Below, piece after piece: positions 21,651 to 32,573 of a stretch of 64,000 nt of DNA. This stretch comes from an uncultured Verrucomicrobiae bacterium (GTDB lineage Bacteria; Verrucomicrobiota; Verrucomicrobiia; Limisphaerales; UBA11358), in contig CAWBJE010000001.1 of assembly GCA_963789055.1 (NCBI GenBank), positions 77,215 to 141,214 of the forward strand, written 5' to 3'. Made by a program: the position numbers and the translations under genes. Positions within the stretch are counted from its first letter, which is position 1. Each line of letters begins with the position of its first letter. A model generated the notes under the pieces. That model saw only the letters and a list, made by a program, of their open reading frames with translations, ran no database searches and was not told the origin of the DNA.

Positions 21651-22667
21651 TTGAAAAGGGAAGCGATGAACCCGAACAACATTCTGTTAATCCGGCTCAA
21701 ATCCATCGGCGACGTCGTGCTGACACTCCCTGCCGTTCATGTGGTGCGCGAAAATTTTCCGGCCGCCAAAATCACTTATCTCACCTCGAAAGAAAACGCC
21801 CCGCTGCTGCGCGGTTTCCGCGAAGTGAACGACGTTATAACGATTGATCGCCGCGCCTTGCGCAGCGGCAATCCGCTGGAGATGGCCGGCAAATTTTTCG
21901 GCCTGTTGCGGCAGCTGCGTGCCGGAAAATTCTCGCTGGTGGTCGATTTTCAAGGATATGGCGAGACGGCCTGGCTCACGCGCTGGACCGGCGCGCCGCA
22001 ACGCTGGGGCAGCGTCTATGGCCCCGGACGCGCGTGGGCTTACACGCGTGGGGTGGCGCGCGACGACGCGATGCAGATTGCGGACTGGAACCGTTCACTG
22101 CTGGCGCAGTGCGGGCTAAAGACCGGTGCCATCCGCAATGAATTCGTCCTGCCGGAAACCGCGCTGGCGGCGGCGCACGAGTATTTCGCGGCCCAAAATC
22201 TGGATCCGGCCCGGCCGACACTTTTTCTTCTGCCTTTCACGAGCACGTCCAAAAAAAACTGGCCATTGGAAAGTTATCTCACCCTGGCCGAGCATTGGCG
22301 GGCCGAGGGGATGCAGATCATTTTCGGTGGCGGCCCCAACGATCAAACCGCTTTGGAGCCTGCTGCACGAAAGGGTTTTGCCCTCTCGACAGGTGTCCCG
22401 CTTTTGACCAGCGCGGGTCTGGCGAAATTGTCCACGCTGGTGGTGGGCGGGGTGACGGGTATGTTGCATCTGGCGGTGGCCATGCAGCGGCGCGTCGTAA
22501 TGGTGGTGGGCTATCCCGCGCATGAACCCGGCTTTCCGTATCAACATCGGGGTTGGGCGGTCACGCCGCCCGATGGCGGCCGCATTGACGGAATTGAGAC
22601 CGGTGCGGTGATTCAGGCTTGCGATCGGGCTGTCGCCGAACAGTTGGCCAACGGGGCGCAGCGCTAA
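21651..22667 (+). CDS. Family 9 glycosyltransferase (heptosyltransferase-like)
   Basis: ILLIRLKSIGDVVLTLPAVHVVRENFPAAKITYLT ... SLVVDFQG ... VGGVTGMLHLAVAM. Confidence 0.8.
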   Translation: MKREAMNPNNILLIRLKSIGDVVLTLPAVHVVRENFPAAKITYLTSKENAPLLRGFREVNDVITIDRRALRSGNPLEMAGKFFGLLRQLRAGKFSLVVDFQGYGETAWLTRWTGAPQRWGSVYGPGRAWAYTRGVARDDAMQIADWNRSLLAQCGLKTGAIRNEFVLPETALAAAHEYFAAQNLDPARPTLFLLPFTSTSKKNWPLESYLTLAEHWRAEGMQIIFGGGPNDQTALEPAARKGFALSTGVPLLTSAGLAKLSTLVVGGVTGMLHLAVAMQRRVVMVVGYPAHEPGFPYQHRGWAVTPPDGGRIDGIETGAVIQACDRAVAEQLANGAQR

Positions 22668-22720
22668 AATATTCATGAAAAAATCTGTACCCCCAATACC
22701 CAATCCCATATCAAGGAAGC

Positions 22721-23476
22721 GTGAAGGTCCCGGGGCCGGTTGATTTTATGAATTCCCGCAACGCTGCTGAAATCCAGGAAAGCGAGTTGGTGTTTAAATA
22801 CTTCCAATGCCGCGCCCGGGGATTTTTTGTCGATATCGGCGCCAATCATCCGACCGAAAGAAGCCAGACCTGGTTTCTCGAACAGCAGGGCTGGACCGGC
22901 ATTCTGGTGGAACCCAATCCCCGGCTCTGCCGGTTATTGCGGGAGCAACGGCCGCGGAGCCAGGTCTGTGAAATGGCCCTGTGCGCGCCGGAGAATGTGG
23001 GCGAAGCGAATCTTCACTTGGGGGTTTCCGACCGGCATTCGGCGCTCAAGCCGGAACCCGGCATGTCGCTCACCACAGAAACAATCCGGGTGAAAATGGC
23101 GACGCTCGATTCCGTGTTGGAGTCGGCAAGGGTGACCGGGATTGATTTTGTTTCCCTGGACGTGGAACGGATGGAATTGGACGTTTTGCGCGGTTTCGAT
23201 CTGGCGCGGTGGCAACCGAAGCTGATTTTGATAGAGGAAATGTTTCTGAGTTATGCCAAACACCGCTATTTAAAACAGCATGGTTACAAGCTGGTGCGGC
23301 GCACCGGCTATAACAACTGGTACGTTCCCCGGGCCACCCCGGTCTCGGTTTTTTCCCTGTCCACACCACGAGAATTGTTTCGCCTCGGCCGGAAATTCTG
23401 GTTGAGCACGCCTTACAACAATCTGAGGTGGCGTTGGCAAAGACGCCGTTACCGCCCGGAGCCGGGAACGGGCTGA
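22721..23476 (+). CDS. FkbM-family methyltransferase (second copy)
   Basis: FFVDIGANHPTERSQTWFLEQQGWTGILVEPNP ... IDFVSLDVERMELDVLRG. Confidence 0.75.
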   Translation: MKVPGPVDFMNSRNAAEIQESELVFKYFQCRARGFFVDIGANHPTERSQTWFLEQQGWTGILVEPNPRLCRLLREQRPRSQVCEMALCAPENVGEANLHLGVSDRHSALKPEPGMSLTTETIRVKMATLDSVLESARVTGIDFVSLDVERMELDVLRGFDLARWQPKLILIEEMFLSYAKHRYLKQHGYKLVRRTGYNNWYVPRATPVSVFSLSTPRELFRLGRKFWLSTPYNNLRWRWQRRRYRPEPGTG

Positions 23477-23505
23477 TCCGTCGAAGTCCGGCGTCCGGTC
23501 GGCGC

Positions 23506-24381
23506 CTACGCCACGCGCTTGTAATGCTTGTGGCTGAATTCCGCGCCGGTCCAGTCCTCCACCTTGAGCATGACGCGATGGCGAAACTCGTCCCACGTCA
23601 GCTTGTGATTGGGATTGGCGCGAAAAATTCCGTCGGCCGGCGCCAGCCAGTTTTCCATGACCCTGGGATGGGTGCCGGTGAACAGCTTCAGCGTGTAGGG
23701 GTCGATGTCCGAATAGTCATTGGGCGGCGGCGGCTGGTTTTTCCAATATTTGTAAACGGTCGCGTTCTTCAAATCCATCTGCTCGTTGCTGCGCAGGAAG
23801 CCGTAGTGGAAGATGCGCGCATTGGCCGGGGCGGCCTGGGGATAACGCGCCTTTTTAACAGTGTCGAGCACCACGAAAAACAGGCCCTTGGGCCCCCAGG
23901 CGGGAATGTTGTTGCGCAAAACGCGCGGCGCGGTGCGGTAGGTCCCCGGATCCCAGACATACGTGTTCCGGTTTCCCTGGAAATGGATGTAATTGAAAAA
24001 CAAAGCCTCGACCTCCGGATTATCCAGGTGCCGGTGCATGGATTCCTGGATTTTCGGCAGGTCATCTTCGTGCACCACCTCGTCGCCTTCGAGGTAAAAC
24101 GCCCAGTCGCCCGTGCAATTGAACAGGGCAATGGATTTTTGCTGGCCATAAACGAACCCCTTCACCTTGAGGTCGTTCCGGACGCGCTCGTTCCATTGCG
24201 TGTGGATAATGCGGATCTTGGGGTCGCCGATTTTGAGGATTTCCTCCGCGGTTCCATCGTCGCTGGGGCCGAGGGCGATGTTGAATTCATCCACGATGGG
24301 CAGGATGGAGCGGATGGATTCCACGAACGGGTAACCCAGTTTCCGGCCGTTACGCAGGAAGGTGAAACCGCTGACTTTCAT
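23506..24381 (-). CDS. Family 2 glycosyltransferase
   Basis: MKVSGFTFLRNGRKLGYPFVESIRSILPIVDEFNIALGPSDDGT ... AFYLEGDEVVHEDD. Track ORF is 23506-24417. Confidence 0.7.
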   Translation of the reverse strand: MKVSGFTFLRNGRKLGYPFVESIRSILPIVDEFNIALGPSDDGTAEEILKIGDPKIRIIHTQWNERVRNDLKVKGFVYGQQKSIALFNCTGDWAFYLEGDEVVHEDDLPKIQESMHRHLDNPEVEALFFNYIHFQGNRNTYVWDPGTYRTAPRVLRNNIPAWGPKGLFFVVLDTVKKARYPQAAPANARIFHYGFLRSNEQMDLKNATVYKYWKNQPPPPNDYSDIDPYTLKLFTGTHPRVMENWLAPADGIFRANPNHKLTWDEFRHRVMLKVEDWTGAEFSHKHYKRVA

Positions 24382-24537
24382 CCGGGCAAGGCTATGAACC
24401 AGCCGGATCGAAAGCAAGACGGAGCAAAAACTTTTTGCCGTTCACCCGCCGCCCGTCTAAGATAAAACCCGTGTTCTGCCTGCAAAAACGCCGGACTGCA
24501 ATTGAATGTCAGACTTGACGCCCCCAAAGCCCGCTTC

Positions 24538-25671
24538 ATGAAAATTCCTTTCCACCGTCCGGTGTACGACGCGCGCGACGAACTGGCGCTGATTGACTCC
24601 CTGCGCAGCGGGAAAATTGTCGGCGACGGCGATCAGACCCGGCGCGCCTCCGAAAAGCTGGCGGCCCTGCTGGGAGTACCGCATGTCCTGCTCACGCCTT
24701 CCTGCACGCACGCGCTGGAACTGGCCATGTTGGCGTTGCGGCTTCAACCGGGCGACGAGGTCATCGTGCCCAGTTTCACGTTCGTTTCCTCCGCCAATTG
24801 CGTGTTGCGGGCGGGCGGGCGCGTGGTTTTCGCGGACGTCCGCCCGGACACGCTCACGCTCGACCCCGCATCGGTCGCCCCAAAGCTCGGCCCGCGCACG
24901 CGCGCCATCATGCCGGTCGTCTATGCCGGCGTGTCGGCGGACCTGGACGCGTTGGGCGCCTTGATAAAGGGGCGCAGTATTGAAATTCTCGAAGACGCAG
25001 CACAGGGCATCGGCGCTTTTTACGGCGGCCGCGCCGCCGGCACGACCGGCGTCATCGGCTGCTACAGTTTCCACGAAACCAAAAATTATTCCACGGGCGA
25101 AGGCGGCGCCTTCGTCACCACCAGCGCGGAATACATGGCCCGGGCCGAAATCATCCGGGAAAAAGGCACAAACCGGAAACAGTTTCTTCAGGGGCTGGTG
25201 GACAAATACACCTGGGTGGACGCGGGCAGCAGTTATCTCCCGCCGGATTTTGTCGGCGCGCTGCTGCTCAGCCAGTTGGAAAAACGGGAATGGATTCAAC
25301 AAAGCCGCGAAGCGATTTACCGGCGGTACCTGGCGGAACTGTTGCCTCTCCAACAAAAAGGCTGCCTGACGCTGCCGGTGATCCCGCTCGGGGTGAAGTC
25401 GAATCATCACCTCTTCCATGTTCTGTTGACGGACGAGGCGACGCGCAACCGGGCGGTGGCATTCTATCGCGAACGCGGCATCGGCACGGCATTCCATTAT
25501 CTGCCGCTCCACTTGTCGCCCGTCGGTCAATCCCTGGGAGGCCGGCCGGGCGATTTCCCGGTTACCGAATCCGTCAGCGCGCGCATGCTGCGCCTGCCGA
25601 TTTATCCGTCGTTGACCGCTGCCGAGCAGGCCGAGGTGATCGCCGCCACGTTCGATTTTTTCAAGGTATGA
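24538..25671 (+). CDS. WecE/DegT-type dTDP-4-amino-4,6-dideoxy-sugar transaminase
   Basis: MKIPFHRPVYDARDELALIDSLRSGKIVGDG ... LLTPSCTHALELAML ... VIVPSFTFVSSAN ... YSFHETKNYSTGEGGA. Track ORF is 24502-25671. Confidence 0.85.
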   Translation: MKIPFHRPVYDARDELALIDSLRSGKIVGDGDQTRRASEKLAALLGVPHVLLTPSCTHALELAMLALRLQPGDEVIVPSFTFVSSANCVLRAGGRVVFADVRPDTLTLDPASVAPKLGPRTRAIMPVVYAGVSADLDALGALIKGRSIEILEDAAQGIGAFYGGRAAGTTGVIGCYSFHETKNYSTGEGGAFVTTSAEYMARAEIIREKGTNRKQFLQGLVDKYTWVDAGSSYLPPDFVGALLLSQLEKREWIQQSREAIYRRYLAELLPLQQKGCLTLPVIPLGVKSNHHLFHVLLTDEATRNRAVAFYRERGIGTAFHYLPLHLSPVGQSLGGRPGDFPVTESVSARMLRLPIYPSLTAAEQAEVIAATFDFFKV

Positions 25672-26822
25672 AGCGGATAAAGATCGCCATGCTGATCCGG
25701 CGCTACATCACCACCGGGGGCGCCGAACGCTACGCGGTTGAGGTTTCGCGCCGGATCGCCCGGGTTCACGATCTTCACGTGTTTGCCCAAAGCTGGGACC
25801 ATGAACCGTCGGGCCTGACGCTGCACCGCGTTCCCCGGCTGAGCGATAAGCCGCGCGTCTTCAACCAATGGTGGTTTTCCTGGCAAACGGCAAGAATGAC
25901 CCGCGGTTTCGAGCTGGTTTACACGCACGAGCGCGCGACGCGCTTCGATGTAATGAACATTCATTGCGGCACCTACATTGGCGGACTGCGCGATGCGGGG
26001 CCGGGGGAACGTAAAAATCCGTTTCGCAAGTGGCTGAAGATTTTGACGTCGCCAACCGTGTGGGCTTATTGCCTGCTGGAGAAAATCCATTTCACCCCCC
26101 GACCCGGCCGGTTTTGGGTGGCGGATTCCGAAATGGTCAAACAGGAAGTCCAGAAATATTACCCGCTGCCTGACAAACGTTTCCTCATCGCCCATTCGGG
26201 CGTTGACGAGCCGGCGGCGAACGCGGCACAGATGCGCAGCGAGTGGCGGCGCAAACTGGGATTCGATGACAGCGATGTTGTGGCACTCTTCGTCGGTTCA
26301 GAATTCAGACGCAAAGGCCTCGACACATTGCTGGAAGCGATGAGCCGGTTGAAGGAGCCGGTTCCCAAACTGGTCATCGTGGGCGGACAGGAGCAGGAAC
26401 GGGCAACTTACCAGACGCAGGCCCGCAAACTGGGAATCGCCGGGCACATCACCTGGGCGGGCCGGGTGAGCAATGTGAAGGATTACTACGCTCTGGCGGA
26501 CATTTTTGTGTTGCCGACACTTTCCGATCCGTCGCCGCTGTCGCCGCTGGAAGCCATGGCCCATGGTTGCGCCGCCATTGTGAGCAACGCACGTTGCACC
26601 GGCGCGGCCGAACTGGTGCGCCATGACGAGGCGCTGGTGCTGGAAAATCCGCGCGACCCCGCCGAACTAGCCGGAGCCATCAGACGCCTTTTGGACCCGG
26701 CCACCCGCAACGGGTTCGCCGACCGGGGGCGCAAACTCACCCGGGAAGTTTCCTGGGACCGGACCGCCGCCGTGGTGTTGGAAGCAATCGAAAAATCCCG
26801 CCGGGAACTTGCCGGCGGCTGA
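25668..26822 (+). CDS. Family 4 (GT-B) glycosyltransferase
   Basis: MKRIKIAMLIRRYITTGGAERYA ... FVGSEFRRKGLD ... FVLPTLSDPSPLSPLEAMAHGCA. Its ATG overlaps the upstream stop (ATGA). Track ORF is 25290-26822. Confidence 0.8.
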   Translation: MKRIKIAMLIRRYITTGGAERYAVEVSRRIARVHDLHVFAQSWDHEPSGLTLHRVPRLSDKPRVFNQWWFSWQTARMTRGFELVYTHERATRFDVMNIHCGTYIGGLRDAGPGERKNPFRKWLKILTSPTVWAYCLLEKIHFTPRPGRFWVADSEMVKQEVQKYYPLPDKRFLIAHSGVDEPAANAAQMRSEWRRKLGFDDSDVVALFVGSEFRRKGLDTLLEAMSRLKEPVPKLVIVGGQEQERATYQTQARKLGIAGHITWAGRVSNVKDYYALADIFVLPTLSDPSPLSPLEAMAHGCAAIVSNARCTGAAELVRHDEALVLENPRDPAELAGAIRRLLDPATRNGFADRGRKLTREVSWDRTAAVVLEAIEKSRRELAGG

Positions 26823-26834
26823 AGGTCCCGGCGG

Positions 26835-27137
26835 TCAATCTCCAAACAGCTTTTTGAACTGCTGGCGGGCGGCCGTTTCGCGCGAATTGCCGCCGCCTTT
26901 CGGCGTCCAGTCCCGCAAGGCAAAATCGAAATATTCGCAGAAATTGCCGACGTGCTTCTCCATCACCGGCTCAGCCCGGCGTTCGCGGCACTGGTGGGCT
27001 ACCCGCGGGTCGTAGTGCGCGCAATTGAGGCACACCCGCAGGTCGGCGCGGCATTTCATGCAGGTTTCCCCGCGTCCCGGCTGGCCGGTCAGGGTCCAGG
27101 GCGCGCCGCAATTGTGGCAATGTCGGGTCAAAGACAT
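26835..27137 (-). CDS. Small Cys-rich zinc-ribbon-like protein
   Basis: 100 aa with CHNC, CMKC and CLNC pairs plus further Cys residues. No function recognised. Confidence 0.5.
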   Translation of the reverse strand: MSLTRHCHNCGAPWTLTGQPGRGETCMKCRADLRVCLNCAHYDPRVAHQCRERRAEPVMEKHVGNFCEYFDFALRDWTPKGGGNSRETAARQQFKKLFGD

Positions 27138-27141
27138 TTGC

Positions 27142-27210
27142 GATTTATGAATTTCGATTGACGATTTGCATCAGCGTTATTGACTGCGAGCCAATCATAA
27201 ATCATATATT
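27142..27210. repeat. Hairpin of the ATGATTT-type family
   Basis: GATTTATGAATTTCGATTG ... CAATCATAAATCAT. Same word family as 38898-38971. Lies in a divergent intergenic region. Confidence 0.5.
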
Positions 27211-27235
27211 GTCACGCGTAAATCACCGGATTCAG

Positions 27236-29422
<2,187 letters not shown>

Positions 29423-29426
<4 letters not shown>

Positions 29427-29629
29427 AAGAATCCGGGCCGAATCTGCGCACGGTTGCCGGCACGGCGGCCATCGCGTTCGGGCTGGTCAAGGAATGGTCC
29501 GGGGAATCGCACCTCGAACGCGCGCAACAACACGCGCAGACCCTTTGTGCCGGTCATCGCGCCGATGCGCAGCAGGTTTATGTCGCCGCCACCGAACAAC
29601 GATTCAACGGCGTGCGAAGATGTTGTTAA
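29423..29629 (+). CDS. YbdD/YjiX-like CstA-associated small protein
   Basis: 68 aa ending ...EQRFNGVRRCC, as in E. coli YbdD (...ARYGGKGGARCC, from memory). The ATG sits in an ATGA overlap with a TGA in the adjoining frame, at the expected end of cstA. Confidence 0.6.
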
Positions 29630-29745
29630 ACCACGAAACACACGAACTACACGAAAAGTTTTTTTGATACGAACCAAGCGACTTGGCACAAATTCGCCAA
29701 ATTTTTATCTCATCTTACGCGTCTTTCGTGTATTTCGTGGTTAAA
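29626..29745. repeat. Inverted repeat whose arms are three tandem CACGAANNA-like units
   Basis: Left arm TTAAACCACGAAACACACGAACTACACGAAAAG. Right arm CGCGTCTTTCGTGTATTTCGTGGTTAAA. The spacer is about 55 nt. It starts on the ybdD-like stop codon and ends 6 nt before the nadD ATG. Confidence 0.7.
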
Positions 29746-29751
29746 TAGAAA

Positions 29752-30325
29752 ATGAAACTCGGATTATTTGGCGGTTCGTTTGACCCCGTCCATCTCGGCC
29801 ACCTGCTCGTGGCGCAGGCGGCGGTGGAGGAACTGGGGTTGGACCGGCTGTTTTTCATCCCGGCGGCGCAATCGCCGTTCAAGCCGGAACACCGAGCCCG
29901 CGCCCGCGGCCGCCCGGCTGCAATGGCTGCGGCTGGCGCTCGCGGGCAGGACAAATTATGAAGTGGACGACCAGGAAATCCGCCGGGGTGGGATTTCCTA
30001 CACCATCGATACCCTGCGCGATTTCGTGAGACGATTCCCAAAGACGCAGTTGTTTTATCTCATCGGCGCCGACAACGCGGCGAAACTCAACGAATGGCGC
30101 GAAGCCGGCGAACTGGCGAAGCTGTCGGAATTTGTCGCGATCCCACGGCCGGGCGGAGCAACGGCGCATTTCCCGTCACCGTTTCGCGGACGCATGCTCA
30201 AAGGTTTTCCGCTGGGCGTGTCCTCGTCGGAGATTCGCGCCCGGGTGAAGGCGGGCTTGCCGATTGACCATCTGGTGCCACCGCCCGTGGCGGAAGCCAT
30301 TCGCAACAGCAGGCTTTACGTCTGA
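29752..30325 (+). pseudogene. nadD: Nicotinate-nucleotide adenylyltransferase; 1 frame break near 29.89 kb
   Basis: MKLGLFGGSFDPVHLGHLLVAQAAVEELGLDRLFFIPAAQSPFKP (29752-) continues in ORF 29768-30325 (RLQWLRLALAG ... ISYTIDTLRDF ... LFYLIGADNAAKLNEWRE). Confidence 0.8.
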
Positions 30326-30330
30326 CTTTT

Positions 30331-30433
30331 AACCACGGATACACACAGATGCACACGGATTTAAAACGGACACATGAAAATCCGCGCCGGTTGGGAGTAA
30401 TTTTATCCGTGCCAATCCGTGTTCATCCGTGGT
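30331..30433. repeat. Inverted repeat whose arms are three tandem CACGGAT-like decamers
   Basis: Left arm AACCACGGATACACACAGATGCACACGGAT. Right arm ATCCGTGCCAATCCGTGTTCATCCGTGGT. It fills the nadD-rsfS spacer. Confidence 0.7.
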
Positions 30434-30452
30434 AAGAATTTCCCCAGCAACA

Positions 30453-30821
30453 ATGGATTCAAGAAAACTTGCCTGGCTCTGCCGCGATTACGCGGACAAC
30501 AAAAAGGCGGAAAACATCGTCATCCTCGACGTGCGTGAGCTGTCGTCGGTGACGGATTACTTCGTGATTGCGTCCGGCACGAGCGAGCCGCATCTGCGCG
30601 CCATCGTGGATGAGGTCACCGACCGACTGCGCGAGGAGCACGGCATGCGGCCCCGGGCCGTGGACGGCACGGTGCATGGCGCGTGGGTGGTGCTGGATTT
30701 CTTTGACGTGATCATGCACATCATGCGGCAGGACGTGCGCGAGCGTTACGACCTGGAAAGTCTCTGGGGCGACGCGGCGCGGGTGAAGTTGCGGAAGAAA
30801 TCCACCCGGAAAAGTTCGTGA
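30453..30821 (+). CDS. rsfS: Ribosome silencing factor
   Basis: KKAENIVILDVRELSSVTDYFVIASGTSEPHLRAIVDEV ... WVVLDFFDVIMHIM. Canonical position after nadD. Start chosen at ATG 30453. Confidence 0.85.
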   Translation: MDSRKLAWLCRDYADNKKAENIVILDVRELSSVTDYFVIASGTSEPHLRAIVDEVTDRLREEHGMRPRAVDGTVHGAWVVLDFFDVIMHIMRQDVRERYDLESLWGDAARVKLRKKSTRKSS

Positions 30822-31168
30822 GCGCCGGCGTCAGCCGCCAATTCTTTCCCCTCGTTCAACCAGAAACCGGCTACGGGTTCTCCGGCGGCGTCTTCGAGCG
30901 GAATTTCGTTCGACGCTTTCACCATTTCCTCAAGGAGTTTTTTGAATTCCTCCAGTCCGGTGGAGGGAATGATGATGGTGTCGCGACGTCCGCCGACGTC
31001 TTCGGTGATGCGGAGGAACCGGCCGCGCGGATTTTCCTTGAGCGTGAGCACGAAGCTCTTGCGCTCAATTTGAATCCGCTCGGTTTTCAACGTGTCTTCG
31101 TTGACCGGCGGTCTGGGCTGCCCATAGGGGGCCCGGCCATAAGGTGATGGTCGTTCGTTCGAGATCAT
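30746..31168 (-). CDS. PUR-alpha-like (DUF3276-type) nucleic-acid-binding protein
   Basis: LKTERIQIERKSFVLTLKENPRGRFLRITEDVGGRRDTIIIPSTGLEEFKKLLEEM. The 3' 76 nt overlap the rsfS 3' end on the other strand, so the real C-terminus may be shorter. Confidence 0.6.
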   Translation of the reverse strand: MISNERPSPYGRAPYGQPRPPVNEDTLKTERIQIERKSFVLTLKENPRGRFLRITEDVGGRRDTIIIPSTGLEEFKKLLEEMVKASNEIPLEDAAGEPVAGFWLNEGKELAADAGAHELFRVDFFRNFTRAASPQRLSRS

Positions 31169-31262
31169 ATACTACCCGCTGAAGACGCCCGTAGCGCCCA
31201 ATCCAGCTTTAGACAGAATTTCGGTTATTATATCCATTTGTCAACTGGCAAATTTTTCTGAT

Positions 31263-32573
31263 TTACAAAATATTCGCCGCCAATTCGGCCAGTTCGGAGC
31301 GCTCGCCCTTCTGCAGTTCGATGTGCGCGGCGATGGCTTCGGCGCGGAAACGGCTGACGACGTAGTTGAATCCGTTCGATGACGAGTCCACGTACGGATT
31401 GTCAATCTGGTAAGGATCGCCGGTGAAAATGATTTTCGTGCCGTTGCCGACACGGGTGATGATGGTCTTGGCCTCGAGGGGCGTGAGGTTTTGCGCCTCG
31501 TCAATAATCATGAACTGGTTGGCGATGCTGCGGCCGCGGATGTAGCTCAGCGCTTCCACGACGATGCTGCCGGAGCGCATGAGGTCGCCGCTGCGGCGGT
31601 GGTCGTGGCCCATGTTCAGGTCGCTCAACATTTCCAGCGCGTCGTGAATCGGTTGCATCCAGGGCGCCAGCTTTTCCTCGAGCGACCCGGGCAGAAAGCC
31701 GAGTTCCTTGCCCATGGAAATGGTCGGGCGCGCGACCACCAGCCGGCGGAATTCGCGGTCGTTGACGACGCGTTTGAGTCCGGCGGCCATGGCCAGCAGC
31801 GTCTTGCCGGTGCCGGCTTTGCCCATGAGCGTGACGAGTTTGACGCGGTCGTCCAGCAGCGCGTCAAAGGCAAAATGCTGTTCGCGATTGCGCGGTTTGA
31901 TGCCCCAGACGCCTTCGCGGCAGTCAATGATGGGAATCAGCTTTGTGCCGGTGGCGTCCACCTTGGTCAGCGCGGCTTTCTTGGCATTCGACTCGTCGGT
32001 GAGTGTGCAGTACTCGTTTGGGAAGTATTGTTTGCCGGGCTCCAGTTCCAGTTCGCCTTTGGCGCGGAACGCGGCCATTTTGTTCGTCGTCACGGACATC
32101 TCCGTCATACCGGTGTAAAGATCGGTGATGAACACGCGGTCGGTCTCGTAATCCTCGGCCTGCAAACCGAGAGCGTCGGCTTTGATGCGCAGGTTGATGT
32201 CTTTGCTGACCAGAATGGTCGGATTTTTCGGCTGCGCTTTTTGAATGTTGGCTGCGAGCGACAAAATCCGGTTGTCCACCGTGTCGCCATGGACGTGTGT
32301 CTCGCCGTTGATGTGGCCGTTTTTCTGGAAGGCGATCTGTAGTTTGCCGCCGTTCGGCAGCTTCACGCCTTCGCTCAGGCTGCCTTCGCCGCGGAAGCCG
32401 TCGAGCATCCGCGAAACCGTGCGGGCGTTCTGGCCCAGCTCGCTGGACTCGCGTTTGAAACGGTCAATCTCCTCGATGACTTCAATGGGAATCAGGACGT
32501 GGTTGTCCGCGAAACTAAGCAGGGAATTGGGATCGTGAAGGAGGACGTTGGTGTCAATAATGTAATTTTTCAC
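31263..32573 (-). CDS. PIN-domain/PhoH-like ATPase (YlaK-type)
   Basis: 436 aa, intact. N-terminal PIN (YIIDTNVLLHDP). Walker A GKAGTGKTLLAMAAG; IIDEAQNLTP; C-terminal PhoH block. Confidence 0.85.
   Translation of the reverse strand: MKNYIIDTNVLLHDPNSLLSFADNHVLIPIEVIEEIDRFKRESSELGQNARTVSRMLDGFRGEGSLSEGVKLPNGGKLQIAFQKNGHINGETHVHGDTVDNRILSLAANIQKAQPKNPTILVSKDINLRIKADALGLQAEDYETDRVFITDLYTGMTEMSVTTNKMAAFRAKGELELEPGKQYFPNEYCTLTDESNAKKAALTKVDATGTKLIPIIDCREGVWGIKPRNREQHFAFDALLDDRVKLVTLMGKAGTGKTLLAMAAGLKRVVNDREFRRLVVARPTISMGKELGFLPGSLEEKLAPWMQPIHDALEMLSDLNMGHDHRRSGDLMRSGSIVVEALSYIRGRSIANQFMIIDEAQNLTPLEAKTIITRVGNGTKIIFTGDPYQIDNPYVDSSSNGFNYVVSRFRAEAIAAHIELQKGERSELAELAANIL

Noticed and set aside
29626-30433. 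The tandem-unit repeats (also 4642-4669, 38898-38971 and 39586-40120) as CRISPR arrays.
   Set aside because: The units are 7-10 nt with no unique spacers, occur at most 4 in a row, and are arranged as inverted arms. No cas genes are in the window.
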